Positions 28,360 through 37,994 of a DNA stretch of 64,000 nt are shown here, piece after piece. Each line of letters starts with the position of its first letter. Within the stretch, counting starts at the first letter, position 1. The stretch covers positions 1,455,640-1,519,639 of the forward strand of contig OZ252106.1 of NCBI GenBank assembly GCA_965248475.1. Reading direction: 5' to 3'. Position numbers and translations under genes: made by a program. The DNA is from Dehalococcoidia bacterium (GTDB taxonomy: Bacteria; Chloroflexota; Dehalococcoidia; Lucifugimonadales; G965248475). A model generated the notes under the pieces. It worked only from the letters and a program-made list of their open reading frames with translations. It was not told the DNA's origin and did no database searches.

Positions 28360-29685
28360 TTACGCCGTCGTACCCGCCGTGACCGCAGCGGATGTTGAGC
28401 GCAGGCTGGCAACGGGACAGCTGCCACAGGCAGCGCTTGCGCAGGAGGAACACCCGCCACTGGAGTGTGCAGTGAGGGATGCTACAGGCGGCTGCTCCTG
28501 GAACATGTCCAGCTTCAGCTGTTGAGAACGCTCGGGCCGATATCCAGCAAACCCCACGAATGCTTTGGCCCTCTTCGCCACCACGCCCATAGCCTGGAGG
28601 TCCCTCCAAGTATCAACGGAGTGTCTGCCCCTCTGAGCAACTATTCGTTTGGCAGAGGTGGGCCCTATTCCCGGCACCCGGATGAGCTGGCTGTAGTCGG
28701 CGTGGTTGATATCCACCGGCTCATCGCCCCACCGGTTCACGGCCAGTTGGAGCTTGGGGTCCACGTCTAGGGATAGGAACCCGTCTGGACTGAAGGCGGG
28801 CCTGAGCCCATCAGGAGAGTAGCCGTAGATACGGCTCAGCCAGTCCATCTGGTACAGCCGGTGGCCGCGCATCATGGGTGTGGCGGGGTGCTCTTCAAGA
28901 GGCGTGTACCGGGCGGGACGGAACGGCTGGTAGTACACTCGCTTGAAGTTCCACTGAGTGTACAGCTGGTCCATGCGCTCGTATATCTCCCAGTCGGACT
29001 CATCAGCAGCGCCGACGACCATCTGCGTAACCTGGCCGAATGCGCCGGTACCGTCCTCCCTGGTCAGGCGGTTTATAGCGCTCATAGGGTCCAGGATATG
29101 TGTCTGGTAGTCCTTCATGGAGCTGAGACGCTCCATGTGTTCGTGGCTGGTGGTCTCGATGTTGATGGAGAGCCGCGTACCCAGGCGGTATGCACGTTCC
29201 ACGTAGTCCGCAGATGTGCCGGGCATGACCTTGAGGTGGATGTAGCCATTGAAGTGATAATGCTTCCGTAGCATCTCCACCGTGTCCAGTATCTTGTCTG
29301 TGGTCTTGTCCGGGCTTCCCGCGATGCCGGAACTCAGGAACAGCCCCTCAACGGTCTGGCGCTGGTACAGCTCCATGAACAGGCGGGCCAGCTCATCCAC
29401 CTTGAAGGCGTATCGCTTCCGGGGCACCCAGGTGCTGTTGGGGCAGTAGGCGCAATCGTACTTACAGAAGTCGGTGAACATCACTCGCATCAGAGATATG
29501 GTCTTTCCGCCAGGCATAGCGGCGCGATATACGCCCGCCGGCAGGTCGCGGTTGCGTGGTTGGGTGTAGGCGTGACGGGGGACATTGAAGCGGCGCTCCG
29601 TGTCGTTGGATAGGACGTCGTCACCGGCCATGCCGCCAAGCAGCCGGAGCTTGTCGTAAGCATCGGGGGAACGGCTTATGAGCAT
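28360..29685 (-). CDS. radical SAM protein of the putative DNA modification/repair type, with C-terminal HhH
   Basis: CKYDCAYC radical-SAM cluster motif and HhH (LIRVPGIGPTSAKRIV). AAGGAGG SD sits 8 nt before ATG 29685. There is a Cys/Ser/Ala-rich C-terminal tail. Confidence 0.85.
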   Translation of the reverse strand: MLISRSPDAYDKLRLLGGMAGDDVLSNDTERRFNVPRHAYTQPRNRDLPAGVYRAAMPGGKTISLMRVMFTDFCKYDCAYCPNSTWVPRKRYAFKVDELARLFMELYQRQTVEGLFLSSGIAGSPDKTTDKILDTVEMLRKHYHFNGYIHLKVMPGTSADYVERAYRLGTRLSINIETTSHEHMERLSSMKDYQTHILDPMSAINRLTREDGTGAFGQVTQMVVGAADESDWEIYERMDQLYTQWNFKRVYYQPFRPARYTPLEEHPATPMMRGHRLYQMDWLSRIYGYSPDGLRPAFSPDGFLSLDVDPKLQLAVNRWGDEPVDINHADYSQLIRVPGIGPTSAKRIVAQRGRHSVDTWRDLQAMGVVAKRAKAFVGFAGYRPERSQQLKLDMFQEQPPVASLTAHSSGGCSSCASAACGSCPVASLRSTSAAVTAGTTA

Positions 29686-29818
29686 ATCTGTTGCCTCCTT
29701 ACTCTCTATGCAAACAAGAACAGATGTTCTATTTTGAGTAGGAGGCATGAAAATGTCAAGGGGGAGCCGGGGCAGTCTTGGTCAAAGAGGCGCAGGCAGT
29801 GGTAACCGGTGGTTTGAC

Positions 29819-30064
29819 CTACCCGTAACCCAAGGCCCTGAGCTCGGAGTCCAGCGACGGCAGCCATTCGTCCACAGGCATGGTAAACGGCACCACAATC
29901 TCGATAGCGCCGTCGTCCCGCTGCTGCACTGAGCCAGGGTCTTCCTTGGTCAAATCCACGCGGATGCTCTCCCGGTCTATGCCCAGCTCATCGGTCACCT
30001 GGAACACCAGGCCCATATCCTCCATGTTGATCATGTTTTCCATCGTCATACTACGCAACCACAC
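29819..30064 (-). CDS. hypothetical acidic small protein
   Basis: 81-aa ORF abutting the amidase stop and upstream of the radical-SAM gene. No family recognised; start uncertain. Confidence 0.4.
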   Translation of the reverse strand: MWLRSMTMENMINMEDMGLVFQVTDELGIDRESIRVDLTKEDPGSVQQRDDGAIEIVVPFTMPVDEWLPSLDSELRALGYG

Positions 30065-31486
30065 CTAGGAAACCATTGGACGACTGTCCGCCCAGGGCCG
30101 CGCCTGCTCAAAGGCCGCGCAGGCACGCAGCACCGTAGCCTCGTCGCCCATGCGCCCGATGACATGCAGTCCAATGGGCATTCCGTCAGCGGAAAAGCCG
30201 CAGGGGACGCTTGCGGCAGTGTGCCCGCTCATATTGATTGGGAAGCTGAATGGCGTAAAGCCCCAGATGGGGTCCACCTCCTGGCCGTCGATCACCTCGG
30301 GCCGCTCTCCCACAGGGAATGCCGATGTTGCCAGGGTGGGTGTCAGCAGCAGGTCGTAGCGACACACCAGGTCGTCCATGCGTGCCCTATGCCATTCCAG
30401 CTCCCTGAGCGCCAGGGCCAGCCGGGACACAGGCCAGGTCACCGCCTCCTCAATCAACTCCCGAAAGAAGGGCGACAGATCATCGCTGCGGGTCTCCAGC
30501 AGCCCGCCGAAATTGGCGGCGTAGTCGGAGAGCCAGATGGTGCTGAACACCTTTCTTATATGGTCATGGTCCAGGTCAACCTCCGCCTCTTCAACCGAAG
30601 CGCCCAACTCCTCGAATACTCGTGCCGCTTCCGAGGTAACGCGTCGAACCTCTGGATCGACGGGCAGCGAGCCCAGGCCGGGGCTCCAGCCCAGGCGCAT
30701 GCCGCGCACGCCCTCTTCCAGCCGGGCGGAGAAGTCCGGCGGCGGTGGCTGTATGGCGGTAGGATCACCTGGATCGGGACCGGCCATCACCTGCAACAGC
30801 ATGGCGGCATCACGGACTGTGTGTGCCATGGGGCCGTTCTGGGAGAACTGACCCCATCCGCCGGGGCCGGCGTATGGCCTGGGCACTCGCCCCTGTGTGG
30901 GCTTGATGCCGAATACACCGCACATGCTGGAAGGTATGCGAATGGACCCGCCGCCATCGCTGCCCTGGGCCAGTGGATGCATTCCAGCAGCAAGGCCCGC
31001 CCCTGCCCCACCGCTGGAGCCCCCTGACGTGCGCGCCGTGTCCCAGGGGTTACGGCCGTGATCGCCCAGCAGGTTCTCCGTTGTGGCCGAATGGCCGAAC
31101 TCCGGCGTATTGGTCTTGCCCAGGATGACGGCCCCTGCCCGCCTGATGCGCGCCACAACCGGCTCATCCGTATCGGGCACGAAGTCTGCGTATACCCTGG
31201 ACCCACGTGTGGTGCGCAGGCCCCCTGTAGCGTTCAAATCCTTGATGGCGATCGGAATGCCGTGCAGGGGGCCCAGCGCATCGCCTGACCGGACCGCAGC
31301 CTCGGCACGTCTGGCATCGGCCAGCGCCTGGTCTGCGGCGACGGTGATATAGGCGTTGAGGCGCGGGTTAAACTCGTCGATCCGCCGCAGGAACAGTTCC
31401 GTTAGATCCACCGGCGACAGTTGTCTGGACTGGATTAGATCCCGGAGCTTCCACGCCGACGTGAATGCCAGGTCCCGATCCGTCAT
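30065..31486 (-). CDS. amidase-signature family amidase
   Basis: 473 aa with GGSSGGAGAGLAAG and the Ser-cisSer-Lys signature region (..GSDGGGSIRIPSSMCG..). Confidence 0.9.
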   Translation of the reverse strand: MTDRDLAFTSAWKLRDLIQSRQLSPVDLTELFLRRIDEFNPRLNAYITVAADQALADARRAEAAVRSGDALGPLHGIPIAIKDLNATGGLRTTRGSRVYADFVPDTDEPVVARIRRAGAVILGKTNTPEFGHSATTENLLGDHGRNPWDTARTSGGSSGGAGAGLAAGMHPLAQGSDGGGSIRIPSSMCGVFGIKPTQGRVPRPYAGPGGWGQFSQNGPMAHTVRDAAMLLQVMAGPDPGDPTAIQPPPPDFSARLEEGVRGMRLGWSPGLGSLPVDPEVRRVTSEAARVFEELGASVEEAEVDLDHDHIRKVFSTIWLSDYAANFGGLLETRSDDLSPFFRELIEEAVTWPVSRLALALRELEWHRARMDDLVCRYDLLLTPTLATSAFPVGERPEVIDGQEVDPIWGFTPFSFPINMSGHTAASVPCGFSADGMPIGLHVIGRMGDEATVLRACAAFEQARPWADSRPMVS

Positions 31487-31628
31487 TTAGAGCCTCCTAT
31501 AGTTACACTACCTCCAGCCAGTCTAGGCCATCGGGTGCACCGTAGCAACGGTGTCTACCAGGTAGTGCCGTCCTTGGTTGACGCCCACGAACATATTCCA
31601 TGCCATCTGCCAAACGCGGAGGGAACGC

Positions 31629-31958
31629 ATGGCTTACGATGAGGGGCTGGCGCAGCGCATTCGAGAGGCTCTAACCGACCAACCCAACCTGGTGGAGCGC
31701 AAGATGTTCGGCGGCATCGGCTTCATGCTGCGGGACAATATGTGCTGCGGTGTGATGAACGACGAGATGATCGCGCGCGCGGGTCCGGATGGGCGCGACG
31801 CGGCAATGGCCAAGCCGCAAATCCATGAATTCGACTTCACGGGACGCTCCATGAAGGGGATGGTCCTGGTGCCGTCCCAGGTGTTGGAATCGGACGAGGT
31901 TCTGGAGGAGTGGATCGGACTGGCAGTGCGGTTCGCGCTGTCCCTACCCGCGAAGTAG
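31629..31958 (+). CDS. TfoX N-terminal-domain protein
   Basis: MAYDEGLAQRIREAL...ERKMFGGIGFMLRDNMCCGV is the typical TfoX_N pattern. Confidence 0.75.
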   Translation: MAYDEGLAQRIREALTDQPNLVERKMFGGIGFMLRDNMCCGVMNDEMIARAGPDGRDAAMAKPQIHEFDFTGRSMKGMVLVPSQVLESDEVLEEWIGLAVRFALSLPAK

Positions 31959-32007
31959 AATGGGGCGGTGGAGGAACGGCAAGCCAAGTAACAGGAAGGA
32001 ACGGCAT

Positions 32008-32328
32008 ATGGCTATCTACATTCAACTGCTGACACTGTCACCTGAGGGGCGGGAAAAGGCGCTCGAGGACCCCGAGAGTATCCTGCGGGCCCAGGGGGCC
32101 ATCTCGGTGCCGGGGGTGCAGGTGCTGGGCATATACAGCGTGCTGGGCGAATGTGACTTCGTGAGCATTGTTGAGGCATCCGACAATACAGCCATGGCCC
32201 ACTTCTCCATCGAACTGGGGGTCCGGGCCGGCGCCCACATCACCACCATGCCTGCCATTCCCATCGGCCGGCTGGAGGGTGCGGAGGGTCAGAGATCATC
32301 CAAGCTTGAGACGGAAGCTGCAACCTAG
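32008..32328 (+). CDS. GYD-domain protein
   Basis: MAIYIQLLTLSPEG....VLGIYSVLGECDFVSIVEASD is the typical GYD family pattern. Confidence 0.75.
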   Translation: MAIYIQLLTLSPEGREKALEDPESILRAQGAISVPGVQVLGIYSVLGECDFVSIVEASDNTAMAHFSIELGVRAGAHITTMPAIPIGRLEGAEGQRSSKLETEAAT

Positions 32329-32454
32329 TTGCCAGCCGCCACTCCGGCGATCAGATTGCCCTTGAGAACCGGCTTGCGAGCGAACATGAAGAAGTGTGGC
32401 TATCTGTTATCGTATCGTAGCACAATATAACCAAGGGTTTTGAGGAGGTGAGGT

Positions 32455-33126
32455 ATGGACTGCTGTTCCGTCAACGGGCTGGACGAGATGTTTGGCAGGT
32501 CGGTGGCTCAGGGGGATCTGAAGGCGTACCTGAAGAAAGGACTCAGCAAGCGAAGTCGCCACCTGGCCGATACGATCAGTGACCAGGGCATCACCGATTC
32601 CACCATCCTTGAGGTCGGGGGAGGCATAGGCAGCCTTCATCTGGAGTTGATCAAGGCTGGCGCGGCCAGCGCCGTGGGTTATGATGCCGCTGCGGCCTAC
32701 GTGGAGGCGGCGACCAGCCTAGCCGAACAGATGGGGCTAAAAGACTCGGTGGAGTACCACGTGGGCGACTTTGCAGAGATGGGCGCTTCCGCCGAGGACG
32801 CCGACATTGTGGTGTTGGACAGAGCCGTATGCTGCTACCCTGACATGAGGTCCCTGGTGACGACTGCGGCTGTGCGCGCCAGGCGCATCTGTGTTCTCGC
32901 ATATCCAAGGCGCAACTGGCTCAGCAGGGCCTTTGTCTCAACGGCCAACGTAGGGTTGGCCCTTGTCAGAAAGCGGTTCCGGGCCTATGTACACAAGCCA
33001 CAGGAGATAGCGGCGCTGATGGCGTCCCATGGGCTGGCCAGGGTGTCACTAGCCTACGCCGGGACCTTTCGCGAGTGGGAGGTGGTCGTCTACCGACGCC
33101 AGGGGGAACCTTCAGCGGCCGCCTAG
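32455..33126 (+). CDS. class I SAM-dependent methyltransferase
   Basis: Motif I ILEVGGGIGSLHLELIKAG and the acidic post-I residue pattern. Confidence 0.8.
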   Translation: MDCCSVNGLDEMFGRSVAQGDLKAYLKKGLSKRSRHLADTISDQGITDSTILEVGGGIGSLHLELIKAGAASAVGYDAAAAYVEAATSLAEQMGLKDSVEYHVGDFAEMGASAEDADIVVLDRAVCCYPDMRSLVTTAAVRARRICVLAYPRRNWLSRAFVSTANVGLALVRKRFRAYVHKPQEIAALMASHGLARVSLAYAGTFREWEVVVYRRQGEPSAAA

Positions 33127-33386
33127 CCGCCGCCGATAGCCGGCAGGAAGTGCACCTCGGACTCCGGGCCCACCTGCTCCAGCAGGCCAAGGGCAGATGT
33201 TTCACCGTCAACTATGACGGCGATGCCCGGCATAAGATCATCGTCCAGGCGTAGCGCATTCCTCATTCCGGGGAACTGGCGCTCCAAGCTGTCGATGACC
33301 TGCCTCACAGTGGATCCATCTGCCTGGACACGTTCCTGCCCGCCTGTCAGGTGTCGCATTGGAGCGTATATCCAGACCTCAGGCAT
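33123..33386 (-). CDS. MoaD/ThiS-family ubiquitin-like sulfur-carrier protein
   Basis: 87 aa ending ..VHFLPAIGGG (C-terminal Gly-Gly). Confidence 0.8.
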   Translation of the reverse strand: MPEVWIYAPMRHLTGGQERVQADGSTVRQVIDSLERQFPGMRNALRLDDDLMPGIAVIVDGETSALGLLEQVGPESEVHFLPAIGGG

Positions 33387-33413
33387 GGCGATTAGCAGGG
33401 TGTGCCCTGCCCC

Positions 33414-33698
33414 CTAATAGACGTCCAGCGTAAATCGCGGCCCATCGGGTGAGTCGATGAAGTCCAACACGGAGTCAGCTAGGTGGCCGGCCAGGTCCGA
33501 ATCCACAACAAGGATCGTCTGACCGTTGAACTCGACCAGTTGCTCCTCCTCACCCGACTCATCTATCACGACACCGAAATCGCCGGGGCCCGTCCACGCA
33601 GGTGGAGTGGTCAGGCGCAGGACCTTCCCCGGAGCCACGCTGGTCCGCTCCAGGGTACGTTGAAGCTCCTCTTTGGCGCTGTCGGTTACAGTAAACAT
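33414..33698 (-). CDS. hypothetical, HesB/IscA-like fold without conserved Cys
   Basis: MFTVTDSAKEEL..LRLT....GFGVVIDE......VVD.. resembles the IscA-type layout. Weak call. Confidence 0.4.
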   Translation of the reverse strand: MFTVTDSAKEELQRTLERTSVAPGKVLRLTTPPAWTGPGDFGVVIDESGEEEQLVEFNGQTILVVDSDLAGHLADSVLDFIDSPDGPRFTLDVY

Positions 33699-33759
33699 TA
33701 GAGCACTGGTGAAACGTTGCTGGTCAGTGTAGCATGTCCCGAAACTCATCGTTGCCAGT

Positions 33760-34131
33760 ATGCAGCTGTTGGAGGTAAGGATGACCAGCCTGTCGGAGCA
33801 GAGGTGCGTAGCCTGCCGGGCCGACTCGCCGCACGTGACCGATGCAGAGGTGGCGGAGCTTCACCCGCTGGTGCCAGAGTGGCGCCTGATCACGGAGAGC
33901 GACATCCGCAAACTACGCAGAACATTCCGGTTCCCCGACTTCCGGCAGGCTTTGACGTTCACAGGTTCGGTGGGCGATGCGGCGGAGAAGGAGGGCCACC
34001 ATCCCCGGCTTGTGACCGAGTGGGGTCGTGTCACGGTCACCTGGTGGACTCACGCCATAAGAAACATCCATCGCAACGATTTCATCATGGCAGCCAAGAC
34101 AGACCGGCTGTACAACTGGGACGGCGGCTAA
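33760..34131 (+). CDS. phhB: pterin-4-alpha-carbinolamine dehydratase
   Basis: FRFPDFRQALTFTGSVGDAAEKEGHHPRL...W.THA... is typical PCD/DCoH. Confidence 0.88.
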   Translation: MQLLEVRMTSLSEQRCVACRADSPHVTDAEVAELHPLVPEWRLITESDIRKLRRTFRFPDFRQALTFTGSVGDAAEKEGHHPRLVTEWGRVTVTWWTHAIRNIHRNDFIMAAKTDRLYNWDGG

Positions 34132-34144
34132 ATCAGGAGGGGTC

Positions 34145-35362
34145 ATGGCTTCAAAGCAGTATGACATAGCCATCATCGGAGGCGGCATCCTGGGGTTAGC
34201 CACAGCCATGCAGCTTTCGCACAACTACCCGAAACAACGGATCGTCGTGTTGGAGAAGGAGCAGGAGCTGGCCCGCCATCAGACGGGCCGCAACAGCGGC
34301 GTAATCCACTCCGGCCTGTACTACCGTCCCGGCTCTGCAAAGGCCACCTTCTGCGTGGATGGAGCCAAGCGCATGAGGGAGTTCTGCGACAATCACAACA
34401 TAAAGTACGACCTGGTGGGTAAGGTGGTCGTGGCCACCAGCGAGGAGGAGCTGCCGGCGCTGGATACCCTTTTCGAGCGCGGCACCGCCAACGGAGTCGA
34501 GGGGATCGAGATGATAGGGCGCGAGGAACTCAGCGAAATGGAGCCGTTTACGCAAGGCGTACGCGCAATTCGCTGTCCCATGACGGGGATTGTTGACTAC
34601 AAGCAGGTCTGCTCCGCCTACGCAACGGAGTTCCGGGAGAGTGGCGGGGATATCGTCACCGACACCAGGGTCCAGAAGATAGCCCGTTCCAACGGTCGCA
34701 CGCTCCTGGAGACCACCCAGGGAGACGTAGAAGCGGGGCACCTTATCAACTGCGCGGGCCTGCAGGCCGATGTCATGGTCAGCAGAATGGGCCTCCCTTC
34801 AGACGTGCGTATCATCCCTTTCCGAGGCGAATACTACACACTGGTGCCGGCGAAGCATCACATGGTCAAGGGGCTGATCTATCCTGTGCCCAACCCCTTA
34901 TTCCCATTCCTGGGGGTGCATTTCACGCGCAGGATAACCGGCGAGGTAGAGGCCGGGCCCAACGCTGTCCTAGCCTTTGCCCGTGAGGGATACCGCAAGA
35001 GAAACATCAATATGCCTGAGTTCATGGGAACGCTGACCTACCCCGGTTTCTGGCGTATGGCCAAGAGGTATTGGAAGACAGGTATGGGCGAGATGCAGCG
35101 CTCCTTCAGCAAGCGAGCGTTCACCAAGGCGCTTCAGAAGCTGATGCCGGAGCTTCAGGAGAGCGACCTGGCGCCGGCGGGTTCGGGCGTGAGGGCCCAA
35201 GCGGTGGACAGGAAAGGCAACCTTCTGGACGACTTCAGCATTGTGGAGACGGGGGACGCCATCCATGTGCTGAACGCCCCATCACCGGCAGCGACCTCGT
35301 CCCTGGCAATCGCCGACCATATCGTTGGGCTGGCGAGCAGCTCTTTTGGGCTGGAGAGATAA
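34145..35362 (+). CDS. lhgO: L-2-hydroxyglutarate oxidase/dehydrogenase (FAD)
   Basis: YDIAIIGGGILGLATA and TGRNSGVIHSGLYYRPGS. Confidence 0.88.
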   Translation: MASKQYDIAIIGGGILGLATAMQLSHNYPKQRIVVLEKEQELARHQTGRNSGVIHSGLYYRPGSAKATFCVDGAKRMREFCDNHNIKYDLVGKVVVATSEEELPALDTLFERGTANGVEGIEMIGREELSEMEPFTQGVRAIRCPMTGIVDYKQVCSAYATEFRESGGDIVTDTRVQKIARSNGRTLLETTQGDVEAGHLINCAGLQADVMVSRMGLPSDVRIIPFRGEYYTLVPAKHHMVKGLIYPVPNPLFPFLGVHFTRRITGEVEAGPNAVLAFAREGYRKRNINMPEFMGTLTYPGFWRMAKRYWKTGMGEMQRSFSKRAFTKALQKLMPELQESDLAPAGSGVRAQAVDRKGNLLDDFSIVETGDAIHVLNAPSPAATSSLAIADHIVGLASSSFGLER

Positions 35363-35718
35363 GAAGATCCAGTCGGGCCGTAGATAGCAATTTCGTCCGA
35401 TCCGGCAGGCGCTATCTACGATCGTCATCGCCTCCATCTGGTCGTTCAGTGCCGAGGGTTGCAATGAGCCCCGCCACCAAAACAGCCTTCTCAGAGTAGT
35501 CCTATCCCGACCTCCCCTACCCTACCCTACCGGATAGTATCACTGCGGCAAGCACCGTATCCGGAGACGGGCAATCTAGTTTAACGTCCCAGGAAAGTCG
35601 GCTGCACGCACTATCCCGACTCTCTTGCCTGGTGTACCATACAACTTGGAACCTAACATAGATTGTGTCCTCATAAAGCTGTAGGATGCACCGCCTGCTA
35701 CGGAGGAGTACAAGCGGA

Positions 35719-36969
35719 ATGGCTACCAAGGTGGTAATAACCGGTACCGGCACAGTGAACCCCGTAGGCTTGGGGACCAATGAGACGTGGAGCAACCTTC
35801 TTGCGGGTCAGAGCGGCATAGAGCGCATCCGGTCCTTTGACCCGGACGAATGGGGCATCCAGACCAAGATAGCGGGAGAGATCAACGGGTTCGACCCTGA
35901 ACAGTGGATGGATCGCAAAGAGGCCCGTCGAATTGATCGGTTCAGCCAGCTGGCTTTGGCAGCCGCCAAGGAGGCAGTTGAGCATGCGGGGCTGGTGCTG
36001 GAGGACGACACCAGGTACCAGGTGGGCACAATCATAGCCAGCGGCGTAGGGGGCCTCACCACAATTGTTGAGCAGACGAACACGCTGAAGGAACAGAGCG
36101 CCCGGCGCGTGAGTCCGTTCACGGTACCCATGATGATGCCCAATGCCGCAGCCGGTATAGTCTCCATACACCTGAACTGCTGGGGTCCCAGCTTCGCCAC
36201 GGTGTCGGCTTGCGCCTCCGCCGCCGACGCCCTGGGTATAGCATTGGACATGATCCGGTCCGGCCGAACCAATGCCATGCTAGCTGGCGGCAGCGAGGCC
36301 ACCATACTTCCTATAACCGTGGCCTCCTTCGACCAAGCCAATGCGCTGACATCCTCCCACAACGACGAGCCTACGAAGGCGTCACGCCCATTTGACCTGG
36401 ACCGCGACGGCTTCGTGCTTTCAGAAGGTGCAGCCGTACTCGTGCTAGAGAGCGAGGAGTTCGCCAGGGCCAGAGGCGCTCCCATACTGGCGGAGCTGGC
36501 GGGATACGGAGCAGGAGCGGACGGTTTCCACATAACCGCGCCGGAACCGGCTGGTCGCGGTGCAGTCAAGGCTATGCAGGACGCGCTGAAAGATGCAAGC
36601 GCAAGCCCTGATGAGGTAACTTACATAAACGCCCACGGCACCTCCACTCCAATGAACGACAAGGTGGAGACACTGGCCATATATAAGGTTTTTGGGGAAG
36701 CCGCAAGCACCATTCCTGTGAGCTCAACCAAGTCTATGACGGGTCACCTGGCCGGGGCGGCAGGCGCGCTGGAGGCGCTGGTCTGCACCAAGGTGGTAGA
36801 GACCGGATGGGCGCCCCCAACCATCAATTACGACACGCCTGATCCTGAGTGTCCCGTGGACTGCATACCGTGGGAAGCCCGGCAGATGAGGGATGGCGTG
36901 GTGCTCTCCAACTCCTTCGGGTTCGGCGGACATAGCTCCTGCCTTGCGTTCCGGAGATATCAACCTTAA
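35719..36969 (+). CDS. fabF: beta-ketoacyl-ACP synthase II
   Basis: KVVITGTGTVNPVGLG, active-site region ATVSACASAA, and INAHGTSTP / GHLAGAAG. Confidence 0.93.
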   Translation: MATKVVITGTGTVNPVGLGTNETWSNLLAGQSGIERIRSFDPDEWGIQTKIAGEINGFDPEQWMDRKEARRIDRFSQLALAAAKEAVEHAGLVLEDDTRYQVGTIIASGVGGLTTIVEQTNTLKEQSARRVSPFTVPMMMPNAAAGIVSIHLNCWGPSFATVSACASAADALGIALDMIRSGRTNAMLAGGSEATILPITVASFDQANALTSSHNDEPTKASRPFDLDRDGFVLSEGAAVLVLESEEFARARGAPILAELAGYGAGADGFHITAPEPAGRGAVKAMQDALKDASASPDEVTYINAHGTSTPMNDKVETLAIYKVFGEAASTIPVSSTKSMTGHLAGAAGALEALVCTKVVETGWAPPTINYDTPDPECPVDCIPWEARQMRDGVVLSNSFGFGGHSSCLAFRRYQP

Positions 36970-37036
36970 GCAGGTTGCGACTGGACAGGCTTGATCGGCT
37001 GCCACCTTAGCCTGTTCCTGCTCGCAGTCATATGAG

Positions 37037-37324
37037 TTACGCGATGGCCCCCTCCAGGGCCTGTCTTATGTGGCCCAGGCGCATCTCCTCCATCTCGACC
37101 ACGTGCTCCATAATCCGGCGTATGGTGTATTCCGGCTCCTGATCGCTCCGCGGCTGTAGGTGCTCCCTATAGTGGTCGCTCAGGGTATAAAGCACATGTC
37201 TGAGCGTGCGTGCGTCGTCAACGGCGGTGTCCAGTATAGGATCACGAAGATCGCCAAGACCTTCTAGGGCCTCCTCCCCCAGCCTGCGGAAAGTGTCCTG
37301 CAACTCTCTGATTTCATCTTCCAT
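37037..37324 (-). CDS. hypothetical protein
   Basis: ORF with plausible helical sequence from an internal Met (MEDEIRELQD..). No family recognised. Confidence 0.35.
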   Translation of the reverse strand: MEDEIRELQDTFRRLGEEALEGLGDLRDPILDTAVDDARTLRHVLYTLSDHYREHLQPRSDQEPEYTIRRIMEHVVEMEEMRLGHIRQALEGAIA

Positions 37325-37994
37325 AGACAACCTCCTGACGTTCAAGCAGGAGACTACCACTTTGAGGCCATGCGTGACCATGACTCCACCTCCCTAACCT
37401 GGCAGATGGGGTTATGTGCTGACGCTCCAGATGCTGTGCCCCCAGAAAAAGGCTCTTTCTCGCCGGAATTCCCATTGACCAGGCACCGCAGTGACTCGGT
37501 ACCATCGGTCTGTCATGTCCAGACGGCCACACGATCCCAACGAGATGCCAGTTGACGAGTGGCGGCAACGAACCGGCCACCGTAGCGTACGTGAGCAGGG
37601 GCCTTACACCAGGTGTTACGCGACCCTGTGCCGCTATGCCAAGCGCTGCCCGGCGAAGACCGCCCGCCCAACGTATATTCCCCAGGCCAAGTGCCCCCGC
37701 TACTGGCCGGAATACCTGCGTCCGCCAGCCTCATTATCCAGCCACCTGTTGAAGCTGCTGAGGCTCGATGATGAAACCAAGTAGTGTGATCGGAGCAGGC
37801 AGAGGTGTGCAGAGGTATGTTGCCGCCTGAGCTGTCGATCTCATCATGGTAACCCGTAACACTCCTACTCGCAGGGTCCATTCGCTAGCGTCTCAAGCGT
37901 ATTCCGTCAGGGGCGCGTCAGGCTACTATGATCTTGGAGTCAAGTATCCCCCTTTCTACTTCGGTAGAGTTCGGTCTCAAAGGAGGAATCCTCC

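Noticed and set aside
30164-31027. 287-aa ORF on the plus strand
   Set aside because: Antisense to the amidase gene, with an Arg/Gly/Pro-rich shadow composition.
35379-35420. 10-bp inverted repeat CGTAGATAGC...GCTATCTACG after the lhgO stop
   Set aside because: The 22-nt loop and missing T-tract make it a poor intrinsic terminator. No second copy was found, so it is not reported as a feature.
35808-36569. 253-aa ORF on the minus strand
   Set aside because: Antisense to fabF.
37491-37784. 97-aa Arg/Cys-rich ORF in the 612-bp gap
   Set aside because: No SD, no recognisable domain, and a composition typical of a random ORF. It is kept only as part of the unexplained-region finding.
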